This document shows, piece by piece, positions 13,559 through 27,169 of a stretch of DNA of 64,000 bases. The stretch lies in the NCBI RefSeq assembly GCF_009914755.1, contig NC_060934.1. One strand, given 5' to 3'. Source of the DNA: the human T2T-CHM13v2.0 reference genome, Homo sapiens. Made by a program: the position numbers and the translations under genes. Under the pieces are notes generated by a model that ran no database searches, was not told the origin of the DNA, and saw only the letters and a list, made by a program, of their open reading frames with translations. Position 1 is the first letter of the stretch; each line of letters opens with the position of its first letter.

Positions 13559-15039
13559 AAACTCTTCTTTGAACTTTCATGTTTTCAGGTTAAGTAGTCC
13601 TAGTGAAATAAAATCCTTTTCAAGATAGCATTGTCTTCCTATCTAGCTCACAAGTTTCAAGACGGTTGGGATGGTGTGGGTCTTAGTCATTGCGATAATC
13701 CTAGGTTCGGCACAGGGTCTGCCATGCAACAAAGGTTTACTGAATTTAATATTTTGAATTCTCCAATTATTGGCATTGTTCGTTTCTGGACATGTTCTTT
13801 TTACCCATTGCATCATCAAGACTACCTATCAGTACAGCTGTGATGGCAGTTACAATATTAAAACACTTCCCAACCCCATGGTCCCTCTCCCAGATATCCT
13901 GGTCACCTGATAGGATGATTCCACCTATCATCCTCTGGACCTTCTAGAACTTTCCACCATCCAGCAACTAAAGGGTTAACACCCACTGCAGCTGGGAGCT
14001 TCCAGGACCCTGCTGATTGGCCAATGCCTGGTGCCCTGCCTTGAAACAGCTTTGAAGTATTTTAAATATAATCCTGACTCCAGTGTTATTAATACATGAA
14101 CAAGAATAACACTTTAAGGGAGATCAATTTAAATAATAAACCACAAGTGTTACCAAATGCTTCTCCCTTTCATCTGTAATATCTGAATCAACAGTTGCCG
14201 AGCTGTGGCCAGAGGTGGCACTTCAGGACAAAGGCATAAGATACTACATCAGAGAACAGGCAGAGGAAGCAGCCACAGTCCTGGGATGGGGAAGTGCTAA
14301 AGGGACCATCAAGGCTAAGAGCTAGCCTGTTCTGCTAAGGAGACTGCAAGAATAGTATCACACTCTTAAAATCTCCCTAAAATACCAAGTTTATAGAAAT
14401 GAAATCAGACAGCCCCTTCAAAACTTTGAGTAGATACTCACTTGCTGAATAATTTAGGAAGCTTTTTAGAGCTGATTTTGTTTGGGCGTCTTTATTGTTG
14501 TATTCTGTTTTATTGTATTTTTAATTTATGTTCTGGGATAGCAGGAAAGGCCCTGGAAAAGGAACTAGAGACAGAACAAGAAAATACCTTTCTATTGTTG
14601 CCTCCTTTCTTTCCTCTCCATAGAAAAGCATAGAAAAATAAGTGCTTTGCACATTATGGGCACCTGGAGAGGCTTTTGCTTTGTGGTTTGCAAAGGAAAT
14701 GTTCTGAGTTGTTGCTTGAGAGACAAAATTTCTAGCAGTAACCCTCAAAGCTATAGGTGTTAGGCAAGTCTTTTTTGGCAAGAGATAATAGTAGGAGACA
14801 TGTATATTTTCCATTACCTGACTTAGAAAATTTAAATAAAGGATAAGAAACAACAAAAGCGATCTTTCCATTTTAGTACATACACTTTGCTGCTTGATAA
14901 CCCATTTTATGTATATCATAATTAATTAGACTGATCTGCAGTTGAACATCTGGGTGGTTTCAAGTCTTTTGCTCTTTGGGTCAATGAATTGAACAATTGA
15001 TTTTTTGCATATATATCTGCATATGTTTAATTGATGAGT

Positions 15040-15290
15040 CAAAGGTTATGTGTATGTTTTTAGTGAGAAAGGCAAGTTGTAGAATACGATCTGTCATAGA
15101 AGTCTGTATTGTATTTTCAATGGGTGTTTATATGTTCGTTAATGTATAAGTGTATAAAGAAATCATGTATTTCTGGAAGGTCATGTAAGAAATTGCTAAA
15201 TTTCCTAGAGGTGAATACCTCTAGGAAACAGGGATGAGAGTGAAGGTAATATTTCACTTTTATATCTGTTAGACATTTTTATCAAGATTC
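15040..15290 (+). mobile_element. Old L1ME 3' end fragment
   Basis: TTAGTGAGAAAGGCAAGTTGTAGAATA...TCTGGAAGG...TACCTCTAGG. Confidence 0.55.
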
Positions 15291-15559
15291 CCATTACTTT
15301 TATAATAATTATTAATAAAACAACACATGAGTTAGACCAAGAGAAAAGCCACAAATCAGCTGAGTTATGAGTCAATAAGGGCCTTTTGTATATAATTAGC
15401 ACATTTCAAAGCAGTTTGTATTTCATGGAAAAAAATCCAGAAATCCAGATAAAAAGTCAGAGTCACCTTGAATTGGGATTGAAATGAGCATACGTAGCAC
15501 TCCTCCCTTCAATTAAGTTTGAAAAGTTCAGGTTTACAGGGAAGTGGAGCCCAGGGAGC

Positions 15560-15830
15560 CCAGGGATTAAGCATTCAGGAGTCAGAATCTGATTTTCTAG
15601 GACTGAAACCTCCCATGCTATTAACAAGCTTCGAAACAAGCTGAGTAAGTTACTTTCTCTTTCTTGGTCTCAGTTTCCCCACTGAAACATGAGGAAAAAA
15701 AGAGTACTTTTTACCTCATTGAGTAATTGTGAGGGTTAAAGAGATAATTCATGCAGCACTCAGCACAGAGTCTGAAGAAAGTCCTCTATAAATGTTAATT
15801 ATGTTTACTATCACTATTATTTTATAGAAA
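15560..15830 (+). mobile_element. MIR
   Basis: CTCAGTTTCCCCACTGAAACATGAGG...GTGAGGGTTAAAGAGATAAT...AGCACTCAGCACAG. Confidence 0.8.
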
Positions 15831-16934
15831 AAGCAGCACATCTGAAAACAATAATTTATCAACTCATGTTTACTGCACTAAGATAAACATAATATACAAA
15901 TAAAATTTCCCCAATCCAAGAAAAAATGAATATTAACAGTTGTACAAATATTCAGGCTTCCCTAAGATGATGACTTCCATCAAAGCAGGTAGAGGTACAT
16001 TGTTTTCAATTATTTATCACAGCAAGTTACCATCGCAGATCAATTTCAGCGTGTCAAGAAGCTATATTTAGGTTCTGTGGGCCAGCATCTCCCAAATTCA
16101 GCATGATTTCACATTCAAAGAGGAAAAGATATCTGCGTAATATTTTGGCTACTCAAAGAAAACATCAGCATCTGCTTTGAGTGAGAAGGCCTTGTGCCTG
16201 CGACCCTCTGTCTCTTCTGTCTCTTGTTTCATCTGCCAGCATGCTGGATGCTCTTGTATCTGCCTCTGTACCTGGGACCAAGCCAGTCCCCAGAGAGGGC
16301 GGCAGCACTGACCCCATCTGGCACGACTCAGGACCAGCCCCCCTCAAGGGCTCATGAACGAGTAGGGTAGGGAATATGGGGCCAACAATTTCTTTCCTGC
16401 TTTGCCCCTTTTGTCTCCACTGGTTGCCTGGAGTCACTCCTTCTGGGGATTGCCTCTTTGGTTGTGGTACAGTGTCCTGCTCCTGCTATCTCCTTCCCAG
16501 GATGGGCATCTTACACCAACTTAGGGTTAACATCTTGTACCCAAAAATATCAAGAGTGTATTTCCAAAGAAACAACCCCCCCGCCCGCCACAAATTGCAT
16601 GGCAAGTGCCATTCACGTTTCAGCAAGACTTGCCATCATAATTTTCTATTTCCCAGTGGATACCCCAATACTCTTGGGGAGTCAGAGATGGGAAACCCAA
16701 GGTGAGGGGCACCAACTGGTCAGGACTTGCACGGATGCATCATATACTGCCCTCTTGCATACAATTTCATCACATTTAACAATTAACGCATGCTTTTTCT
16801 CTGAATTACAGAAGCTGCATATTCTTGTTGCAAATTAAGCAATATAGGGGTATGTCAAGTAAAATGCCAAAGATGCTCCCTTTCCAAGTTAACCATTGTG
16901 AACATTTAGAGTGCTTCCTCCCCGTTGTTTTGAC

Positions 16935-17620
16935 TTCATGGCCATTTGCTAAGCACCTGCCATGTGCTGGGCTCTGGGTTTCATGCTGGGAATGCAGCAG
17001 TCCGCAAAGCAGTGAGGTCTCTGCTTTCATGCTGCTGATAAAGACATGCCCAAGACTGGGTAATTATAAGGAAAAAGAAGTTTAATGGAATCACAGTTCC
17101 ACATGACTGGGGAGGCTTCACAATCATGGTGGAACTTCCATTTGGAAGGAGGGTGGAGACAGATGATAAGGAAGAATGCCATTCTTAATAGAGGGTGGTG
17201 GTCCCAGAGGGCCTCTTGGAGGTGGTGTGATTTAAGTTATGATGGATGGCAGCTCTGCCAGCAAAGGACTCAGGAAGTGCACCCAGGAGAGGGCTCAGGC
17301 AAAGGCGGGGGAAGTGTGTGGTGCTCAAGCATCAGAAGAGCCATCTGTGTGCCTGGAAGCTTAGTGGAGAAGGGAACAAGGTGACAAGAGATGACAATGG
17401 AAGGAGGCAGTGTCCAGACCGTTTGGTGCCTGGGAGACCCCATTCAGGAGTCACTTGGGTTGTAATTCCAGAACAACAGGAAACTGCTAAAGGGAAGACC
17501 ACAGTTAGACTCCTGCTTTTAGGAGCTCACATTGGCTGCTCCGCTGAGAATGAACTTTAGGGAGACAAAGTGGACTTAAGTAGCCCACTTAATAAGTTGC
17601 CCTAGTCCAGGAAGAAAAGG
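16935..17620 (-). mobile_element. L2 (3' region), interrupted by a THE1 fragment
   Basis: TTTGCTAAGCACCTGCCATGTGCTGGGC...GGTCTCTGCTTTCATG|GAACTTCCATTTGG...GGAGACAGATG is the antisense L2 3' end pattern. Confidence 0.75.
17025..17134 (-). mobile_element. Internal THE1B fragment without LTR termini (inverted copy of 20207-20317)
   Basis: 106 of 111 aligned positions are identical to the reverse complement of 20207-20317 (hand alignment). Confidence 0.92.
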
Positions 17621-18360
17621 ATGAAACCCCGAGGGAAAGGGCAGGCGGCCCCTGATGGGAGACTCTAACGCTGGTATTGAGGGGCGGATTACTGTCTTGG
17701 GGTTTTAAACAACTGTTAAAAGAGATCCTTTGATTTGGGAGCTGGAGAATCTTCTGCAACATTCTCAGTGTGTGTTTCTTCTTGGATGAGGTGATAACCT
17801 TTGGGTTGAAGCATTTATCTTGCCTTGGCTATAAAAATCTGCAACCGCTGTTATAACCAATCACTTGCTTTCTGCAGCCCTGGGGCGTGCATTTGTCACT
17901 AAGTAATAAGGCTTCGGTTAACACTCAGAAGCCCCTATGATGCTTATCAGGGCAGTGCTCCAAGTAGATCTACAAGAGCAGGTCCAAGAAAGGATCCCGA
18001 CAACTTCCCCTCCAGCCAGGTGGGAACTGACCCAGGGTTTTTAGACACTCCCTGGTGCAAAGCACCCCCAGCAGAAGCACTCCTGCCCTGCCCTTGCCCT
18101 ATCCCTCCTACCTTGCCCAACCACAGTGATTGCTAGAGGTGCATTCCTTGGGCACCTGGCCCTGTATTGTGGTGAATCCTTGCTGAAAGGACCTGGCTGC
18201 TAGAGGGAGACATACAAACCTTCCAGCTTCAGATTCCAGTCACAGCACACCCCAAGTATCAGAAGATGGAGAGAAGTGGATGGATGGAGTCAACATTCTC
18301 AGATTTTGGAGTCAGACTTGCCCCAAATATGCCCCAGGTATATAGAACCATATTGAAACA

Positions 18361-18920
18361 TAGTCTGTTCTGCTATACTTGTTTTTGAAAATGCAAATTT
18401 GTTCTAATGGGATTGAGATATTAGGGGAACAATCTAAATGCAACGGGAGTTTTCTGTTTTCTTATGTGTGATTTCATCTGGAAAACACTAGCCAAACGCA
18501 GCTGCACACAACAGCCTAGGAATCCGCGAAACGCACCCACAATGACCTCAAAGGACAGCTGGCTACCTCAGTGCACCATGTCTGGGCCACACCTGTCCAC
18601 ACCACGTGTCCATCCTTCCCTCCACCTCACATAACCCCCTTCATGGTCTCATAGTAAGGCAGGAGCTGCAATCCTGCCACAGGCAAACTTCAGGGATTTT
18701 CCAAGACAGAGTGCCTATGTATTGCAGTATTTATGTGTCTCTTACCCATGTTCTATATGTAAAACTGTGCTGCCCTTTGTATTATGTTCCTGTCTTTGGT
18801 TTTAATGTGTCCCTGATGCAAGGTTAGACTGTTTGCCCCAACCTCATTATCCTCATGAGCCCCATGGTTTGGGTGCTGTCGCATAGTAAGGAAGAAATAG
18901 GTCACCTTACAGCAACACTA
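18361..18920 (+). mobile_element. Tigger13a-like TcMar DNA transposon
   Basis: AGTCTGTTCTGCTATA...TTTTGAAAATGCAAATTTGTTC...GCAAACTTCAGG...TGTAAAACTGTGCT match the recalled consensus. Confidence 0.8.
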
Positions 18921-18973
18921 CATCTACACCCACGTAGGAAACTTTGTCCCACCCACATGAAGTACCTTTGTCA

Positions 18974-19325
<352 letters not shown>

Positions 19326-19339
19326 ATGAAAGAAATGCA

Positions 19340-19790
19340 CTTGTTTAGCAACTTGCTTCACTTGCTTCCCTCACTTAACAGGTTGTGAATGTCACATTAT
19401 GTTACTATATAGAAATCTAAAAATACATTTATGTATCATATATAAGTCTCCATATAAATAAGATCTATATAGATTTTAAGAAATACACCTTCCTCTGTGT
19501 GCATGTGGTATGAAGGACATTTAGGTGGCTTATAGTTTTTGTTGCTGTTGTTATAAATTTTGCCAAACAGACCACTCCTATAAGAATGTCTTTCTGCACT
19601 TGGGTGGGTATGGTTGTAAGAAAAATTCCTACAAGTGGAATTGCTGTGTTAAAGACACACATGCTTATGTTTTCATAGTTCTGTCCAATTGCTCTCCAAG
19701 GAAGTTATATCAGTGAATAACCATATAACCAACTAAATATAACATTTCCTATTCTGCTGTCATTGGAGATTGTCATTTTTTTGAAGTTTA
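19340..19790 (-). mobile_element. Old L1ME fragment
   Basis: GGACATTTAGGTGG...TTCCTACAAGTGGAATTGCTGTGTTAAAG...CAATTGCTCTCCAAG resembles antisense L1M. Confidence 0.65.
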
Positions 19791-19845
19791 TGAATCATAG
19801 AAATACATATTCTAAATAAACAATAGACTTAAATTAATAAATTAT

Positions 19846-20594
19846 TGCTAGAGTCTGAATGTCTGTGTTCCCCCTCCAAATTAAAATGCTGATATTCTCA
19901 CCCCCAAGGGGATGTTGTTAGGAGGTGGGGCCTCTGGGATGTGGTTAGGTCATGGGAGCAAAGCCCTCATTGATATGATTTGGCTGTGTCCCACTCAAAT
20001 CTCATCTTGAATTGTATGTAGCTCCCACAGTTCCCACATGTCGTGGCATGGAACCTGAGGGAAGTAATTGAATCAGGAGGGTGGGTCTTTCTCATGCTGT
20101 TCTCATGACAGTGAATAAGTTTCACGAGATCTGATGGTTTTGTAAGGAGGAGTTTCCTCACACAAGTTCTCTCTTGCCTGCCGCCATGTAAGAGGTGCCT
20201 TTCACCTTCCACCATGATTGTGAGGCCTCCCCAGCCACGTGGAACTGTGAGTCCATTAAACTTCTTTTTCCTTATAAATTACCCAGTCTTGGGCATGTCT
20301 TTATCAGCAGCATGAAAACAGACTAGTAGACTCATAAATGCAATTAGTGCCCTTACAAAAGTGACTCCAGTGAGCTCCTTTCATCATGTGAGGATGCAGC
20401 AAGAAGGCTCCCTCTGTGACCAAGGAAGTGAACCTCATGTGACCAAAGAAGTGAACCCTCAGCAGACATTGATTGAATTGTCAGGGCCGTTCCCCTGGAC
20501 CCCAGCCGCCAGAGCTGTGAAAAATAAATAGTTGCTGTTTATAAGCCACTCAGGGCATAGTATTTTATTATAGCAGCCTGAGCAGACTAAGGCA
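19846..20594 (+). mobile_element. MLT1A0-type LTR split by THE1B
   Basis: TGCTAGAGTCTGAATGTCTGTG...TTAGGAGGTGGGGCC. Resumes at 20336 and ends GCAGACTAAGGCA. Internal 23-bp tandem duplication at 20415-20461. Confidence 0.88.
19971..20330 (+). mobile_element. THE1B solo LTR nested in MLT1A0
   Basis: TGATATGATTTGGCTGTGTCCC...GACTAGTAGA. Perfect TSD CTCAT (19966-19970, 20331-20335). Confidence 0.95.
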
Positions 20595-21097
20595 ATGGAG
20601 CATCAGTATCAGTCTACTAATCTGATGTAATATGTTAATCACAGAACAGACTGGGCATGGGAAGTGTGAGAACTGCGCGATCTTCTCAATTGTCCTATAA
20701 ATTAAAACTGTTACTAAAAATATGTCAAAAATACATATATTATCTTACATTAGTTGTGTCTATTCATGAAATTTAACATCTTTTCACATGCTTATAAGTC
20801 ATTTGTATTTTAATTTTGTTAATTCCTTCTTTATGTTCTATGTCCAGCTTTCTATTAGATTATCTTTTTTTTCCTAGAATTTCCAAACTGCCAAAAAAGT
20901 TCCACGTTTTCAAATAATATTATTTATCTTTTGCTGTATACGAAATTTGGCCAAATCTGTCAAATTTTATAACCCTTGGGGCTTCATGGCTTTCTTAGAA
21001 AATACCAAACTTTTAACCTACCACTGCATTTAGAATAACTTTATCCACAATAAAATAAACCTAAAATATTTACTTATCGGTTAATTAGTAAACCAAT

Positions 21098-21493
21098 TGC
21101 ATTAGTCTCCTTAAGCTGCTGTAACAAATACCACACGCTGGGTGGCTTAAGCAACAGGCATTTATTTTCTCACAGTTCTGGAGGCTGGAAAGTCCAAGAC
21201 CAAGTTGGCAGAAGGGTTGGTTTCTGATGAGGTCTCTTTCCTTGGTTTGCAGAAGGCCATCTTCTCATTGTATCTTTATAAGTCCTGCTCTGTGTGTGTG
21301 TGGAGAGAGAGAGAGATACTGTGTCTGTTTTTATTGGGACACTAATCCTACCAGATTACATATCGTTATGACTTCATTTAACCTTAGTTACCTCCCTAAA
21401 GTCCATTTCTCTGAATATAGGCACACTGGGGAGGAGTGCTTCAACTTGTGTTTGACGGGGGGACACAACAGAGACACAATTCAGTCCTTAACA
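21098..21493 (-). mobile_element. MLT1A/B-type LTR
   Basis: TGCATTAGTCTCC...GCTGCTGTAACAAATACCACACGCTGGGTGGCTTAA...ATTCAGTCCTTAACA. Confidence 0.85.
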
Positions 21494-23169
21494 TCATTCA
21501 ACTGATATTTATTGATAGTGGATTAAATACTCTATACTGTGCTTGCTAATCGAGAGAATACAAACGCATGGCCCCTGACATCCACAAGTTTACAATCTAA
21601 TCTTATAGGCATGAAATAATATTTACAATAATTATAATTTGGCAGATTCAAGTGCTTCCCCTGAGGGAGAAAAAACAAAACACAGTGTAATGTCTAAACT
21701 GTAAAAGTGGCTGGAGACTTGTTTTCCTGCACCTTTCAGGACACAGAGGCGCATCATAAAATTAAACATATCACTGTCATCCTCAATCTGTAGTCAAAAG
21801 TGACTTGTGACGTGGATGTGAAGGTGAAGTTATAGAATGTGGCAGAGAAAGAGGAAGAAATACAGGAAGATACTGAAAAAAGTGTACAAACAAGAAATCA
21901 AGTATACAAACAAGAAACCAAACCATAGGGATCTGAGGCTACTGCAAAGTACACTCTCTCTGGAGTGAAAGGAATAACAGCTCAAAGTATATGATGCATT
22001 TTTTTTCCTCTGAAATCCTCAAAACTCTTCTCAAATATTTATTATCCTCTCATAATCACACTAAGGTAGAAAATAAATATGTTTGCTAGGCTTTTTAAAT
22101 TTTAATTTCAGATAGCTATAGATAAATACAGGGATCTCACTATCATGAATTTGATTATTAAATATTTTGCTGAATACCTATTTTGCATAAGGTTGCTTTA
22201 GACCCTATGGGTATGTAATAAGGACTAGGACATAGCACCTATGTCGGAAAACATTGAAGTCTTAGAGTTAGAAGGAAACAAGAGCTCCTCAATTTGGAAA
22301 AAGATTCACCCCCTCTCTGCTTTGGCAACCATGGAGGGCATCACTATTTGACCCCTGACTCATTGCAGCTAAGATCCTCAGAAGTACCCTCAGGATATTT
22401 CCCAGAGCTCTGCAAGAAGCCACTCACCACCAGCAGAACCAGGTGGGCACAGGAGTCAACATCTGTCCCTTGCACTGTTCTATGCTGCCCCCTTGAATGG
22501 TTTAACAACCTAAAATCCCATGCTGTGCCACTTTGATCCCATGCTTTATTACCGTTGGATTCTCCATAGAATTCAAGAACAAGATGGCAGACAAATTGCT
22601 AAACTCAAAAAAACTAACACATTTTACCCGACTTGTTGAGCCTAATTCCAATATCTGCCTTCATTTGACAGCGGATATTCAGAAAAGGACTTAAAAAAAT
22701 ACAAAAGAAACAAACAAAATCCAGTGGATGTGGAAAAGACACATGCCTACTTTTACTTTCCTGGGTCAGAAATGGAAGTGAAAGCAGGCACTTCACCAAC
22801 TACCATTCTGCAGGAAAAGATGAGTGCAACAAAGAAACCCCAAATGGCATTCATTAAGGCTACAGAACCAAACTGAATAATGTGAGATTAGACAGCTGCA
22901 AATCACCTTTACTGCATATAAATACTGGATCTTAGTGCCTAAGAATGGCAGACAATGCCCGCTGGCATTGGTGAAGATGAGGATTCTGAAGAGAAGTGAA
23001 GGAAGGAGGGTCAGGAGGCTCCAGGAATGATTTTCATAGAGAATTCCCCAATACCAACATTTCCCCCTTTCTTTGGGGCTGCAGAGTAATAATGAAACAC
23101 ATTCTATGTGTCGTTTTCTTTGACACAGTGGCTACAATTTGGTAATGATGATTGTCCTTGTCATGATTA

Positions 23170-23379
23170 TTATGGCATTTATTTTACTGTGATTACTTAA
23201 TCCATCCAACACTATGCTGTGAACTTTTAACAGCTTATTTCAGGTAATGATCTTAACAGCCCTGCTAAGTTGATATTATTGTTCCCATTTTAAAAATGAG
23301 GAAATTTAAGACGCTAACGGTTTCAGAAAATTCTCCAGGGAGTGACAAAGTCAGGCAGGATTCAAACCCACATCTGCTC
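23170..23379 (-). mobile_element. MIR (target of the adjacent L1PB insertion)
   Basis: ATTATTGTTCCCATTTTAAAAATGAGGAAA...GGATTCAAACCCA. Confidence 0.75.
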
Positions 23380-25375
23380 CAAGAGAAAGAAATAAAAAGC
23401 ATCCAAATCAGCAAAAAGGAAGTCAAACTGTTGCTGTTCACTGATATATGATCGTATACCAAGAAAACCCTAAAAACTCATCCAAAAGCTCCTAAAACTG
23501 GTAAATGAATTCAGCAAAGTTTCAGGATACAAAATCAATGTACACAAATCAGTAGCACAGCTATTGCAACCCCTTTCACAATAACTGCGGGGGGGTGGGG
23601 GGGAGGGGACAAAAAAAAAAACCTTAGGAATACACCTAACCAAGGAGGTAAAAGACCTCTATAAAGAAAACTACAAAACACTGGTGAAAGAAGTAATAGA
23701 TGACACAAACAAATGGAAACACACCCCATGAACATGTATGGATAGAATCAATATTGTGAAAATGAACATACTGCTAAAAGCAAAATTCAATGCAATTCCC
23801 AACAAAATGCCCCATCATTCTTCACAGAAGTAGAAAAAACAATCCAAAAATTCATATAGAACCAAAAAAAGGGCCCGAATAGCCAAAGCAAGACTAAGCA
23901 AAAAGAACAAATCTGGAGGCATCACATTACCTGATTTCAAACTACAGTATAAGGCCATAGTCACCAAAACAGCATGGTACTGGTATAAAAACAGGCACAG
24001 AAGCCAATGGAACAGAATAGAGAACCCAGAAATAAAGCCAAATACTTACAGCCAACTGGTCCATAACAAAGCAAACAAAAACATACAGTGGGGAAAGGAC
24101 ACCCTATTCAACCAATGGTGCTGGGCTAATTGGCAAGCCACACATGGAAGAATAAAACTGGATCCTCATCTCTTACCTCATGTAAGATTCAACTCAAGAT
24201 TGTTCAAAGACCTAAATCTGAGACCTAAAACCATAAAGATTCTAGAAGATAACATCGGAAATAACCTTCTAGACACTGGCTCAGGCAAAGACTTCATGAC
24301 CAAGAACCCAAAAGCAAATGAAACAAATACTAAGATAAATACATTGGACTTAATTAACTAAAAAGCTTCTGCACAGCAAAAGAAGTCAGCAGAGTAAACA
24401 GACAACCCACAGAGGTGGAGAAAATCTTTGCAAACTATGCATCCAACAAAAGATTAATATCCAGAAGCTACAAAGAACTCAAATAAATCAGCAAGAAAAA
24501 AACAAACAAACCCATCAAAAAGTGGGCTATGGACATGAATAGACAATTCTCAAAAGAAGATATACAAATGGCCAATAAATATATGAAAAAAATGCTCAAT
24601 ATCACTGATTATTAGGGAAATGCAAATCAAAACCACAATGCGTTGCCACCTTACTCCTGCAAGAATGTCCATAATAAAACAAATAATAGATGTTGGTGTG
24701 GATGTAGTGAAAAGGGAACACTTTTATGCTGCTGATGCAAATGTAAACTAGTACAACCACTGTGGAAAACAGTGTGGAGATTTCTTAAAAAACTAACAGT
24801 AGAACTACCATTCAATCCAGCAATCCCACTACTGGGTATCTACCCGGAGAAAAAGAACTCATTATACAAAAAAGATACTTGCACACATGTTTATAGCAGC
24901 ACAATTCACAACTGCAAAAATTTGAAACCAGCCCAAATGCCCATCAATCAATGAGTGGATAAAGAGAACATGATATATATATACACACACACCCCCCCAT
25001 GGAATACTACTCACCCATAAAACAGAACAAAATAATGGCACTCGTAGCAACCTGGATGGAATTGGAGACCATTATTCTAAGTGAAATAACTCAGGAATGG
25101 AAGGTATGTTCTCATTCATAAGTAGGGGCTAAGCTATGAGGATGCAAAGGCATAAGAATGATACAATGGACTTTGGGGCCTCAGGGGATAGGGTGGGAGA
25201 GGGTGAGGGATAAAAGACTACATATTGGGTACAATGTACACTGCTCGGGTGATGGGCACACCAAAATCTCAGAAATAACCAGTAAAGAACTTATTTGTGT
25301 AACCAAATACTACCTGTTCCCCCAAAACTATTGAGATAAATAAATAAATAAATAGCTCAATAAAAAACCCCCACA
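23380..25375 (+). mobile_element. 5'-truncated L1PB (PB2-like) LINE-1
   Basis: ORF2 3' half with many frameshifts, L1PB 3'UTR and (TAAA)n tail. Degenerate TSD AAACCCACATCTGCTC / AAACCATGCCTGCTC. Confidence 0.95.
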
Positions 25376-25483
25376 AAACCATGCCTGCTCAACATGGGTA
25401 CTCCTTCCCCTCTGACACCCTAATGTTCTCTCTTCATTGTAATTCTGTGGTAAGTATAGAAGCCTGGGGGCATAAATCTGTAC

Positions 25484-25703
25484 TAGAGCTCACAACTTTT
25501 TTTTCCTATAAACAGCCAGAGAGTAAATTTCAGGCTTTGTGGGTCAGATGATCATAGCTGTTACTCAGCCATTGTAGCGAAAAAGCAGCCTGAAACAACA
25601 CAGAAACTAATGAACATGACTGTGTTCCAATAAAACTTTATTTATAAAAACAGGTGGAGGGCCATATTTGGCCCTCAGACTGTGGTTAGTCTATGTCAGT
25701 CTG
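25484..25703 (+). mobile_element. MER58A (hAT-Charlie MITE)
   Basis: AGGCTTTGTGGGTCA...CCATTGTAGCGAAAAAGCAGCC...CTGTGTTCCAATAAAACTTTATTTATAAAAACAGGTGG. Confidence 0.85.
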
Positions 25704-27169
25704 CAAGAATGAGGAGTGGGAGACACGGTTGCAGCAGTTGGAAGAACGTTGCAATGACAAATGAAAGACACCATCTTTAACCTCAGGTACTTTAAAATCT
25801 AGCAAGAAATGCCAGAAAAAAAAACCGATTTTTTAAAAAAGAGTAGCTTCAGAGAAAGAAAACACATTGAAAAACATAAAACAAATACAATACAAATTAC
25901 AAAAGCAATTTCTAGGGACAAAAAGGAGTGACTGGTCAGGTATAGTTAAACTAGCTAAAATGTCTTAGACAAAGGAGATTTAAAGCAGGGTTTTAGAGGC
26001 AGGATAGAGACTGAATGGGAACAGAGAAGAGAATATATCCCTCTCCACTTAGGCAACTGAAACTTACATGACATAGAAGGGATAAAGGAACTTGGGAAGC
26101 ACCAGACAGCAATGGATAAACAGCCAAAGGCATTTGTGTGCTTCAAAAAAAGAAGCATAGCAGAAGTAAAATGTCATGCCCTCTACCCAAGGAGTGCCTA
26201 TTAAAATAAATGTCATCTGCCCAGAATAACAAACTGATAAGACTGAATTACTGATTACCCTATGTAAGTTTTCATCTGAAGCGTTCTGTGGGTTAATGCA
26301 ATAATCAAATCCATTTCCCCAGTCTGTCCCCTGCTCTTCTCTCTCAGCTTCAATTTCAGCTCTGAATTGTAAAACAGAATGAGGTTTTACTCGAAGCCTC
26401 TCTCATCCTACCTTCCGAGTGCTCTCTGCAGTCATCCTAAGTCAGGGCCTGAAAGCTGAGGGAATCAACTGGCCAAAAGGAGAGCAGGCTCCATGCCATT
26501 TTTCTGCAAAGCAATTCTCCAATGGAAATTGGATACACTTGCATGATGGCGCTTAATTCCTCTGCTTGAAGCACAGGACTTAGCAGGCTGCAAATCCTCA
26601 GCTCCTGTGCAACACGAACACCTGTCAGGGGGCCAGGTTTGCTTCTCATGATGAATTTCCTCTTGCAGGAATATTGTGAGTTGGAGCCGGAAGAGGGGTG
26701 CAGTTGTATGGAGGCATCAAATGACCTTGGTCCCCAGCTCACAGATGACCCAGACTAATACCCTAGCAAGGTCAGGGCACAATCTCCCCCAAAAGAGAAT
26801 ATGATTCATTCAGCTCTGAAGTCAATGAGGCAGAAATGGTCTCCCTCTCTGGATTTACTGTTTCTCCTCTTGTGTTCCCACCTATCCTGGGTTTCTTCAC
26901 TTCCCCCCTAAGTTGTAACTGAAGCATTCACCGCTGGCAACACTCTGCTCTTAAATCACATTGTCCTCCTCAATCAAATTTTACCTTAGAATCTTAACAT
27001 TCTCTCCTATAAAGTTCCAGGTCTACCTGTAGCAATGTTGAGCTCCCCGAATATTGCTCTAGAATCCCAGTCCCCATTTCTCCCTGCCTAGGAGCCACAG
27101 TGACGGCTCTGATTTTCCTTGGATCCTTTAGACAAGACACTGAACACAGAACAACACTGCCCATTACAG

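Noticed and set aside
14205-14222. CTCF site (TGGCCAGAGGTGGCAC)
   Set aside because: Only the 3' half fits the core and the spacing of the 5' half is off by one base. Too weak without data.
20226-20238. PRDM9 hotspot 13-mer in THE1B
   Set aside because: It reads CCTCCCCAGCCAC. Position 7 is C, not the T required by CCNCCNTNNCCNC.
21880-21920. 20-bp tandem duplication (AAGTGTACAAACAAGAAATC / AAGTATACAAACAAGAAACC)
   Set aside because: An ordinary slippage duplication with no further structure.
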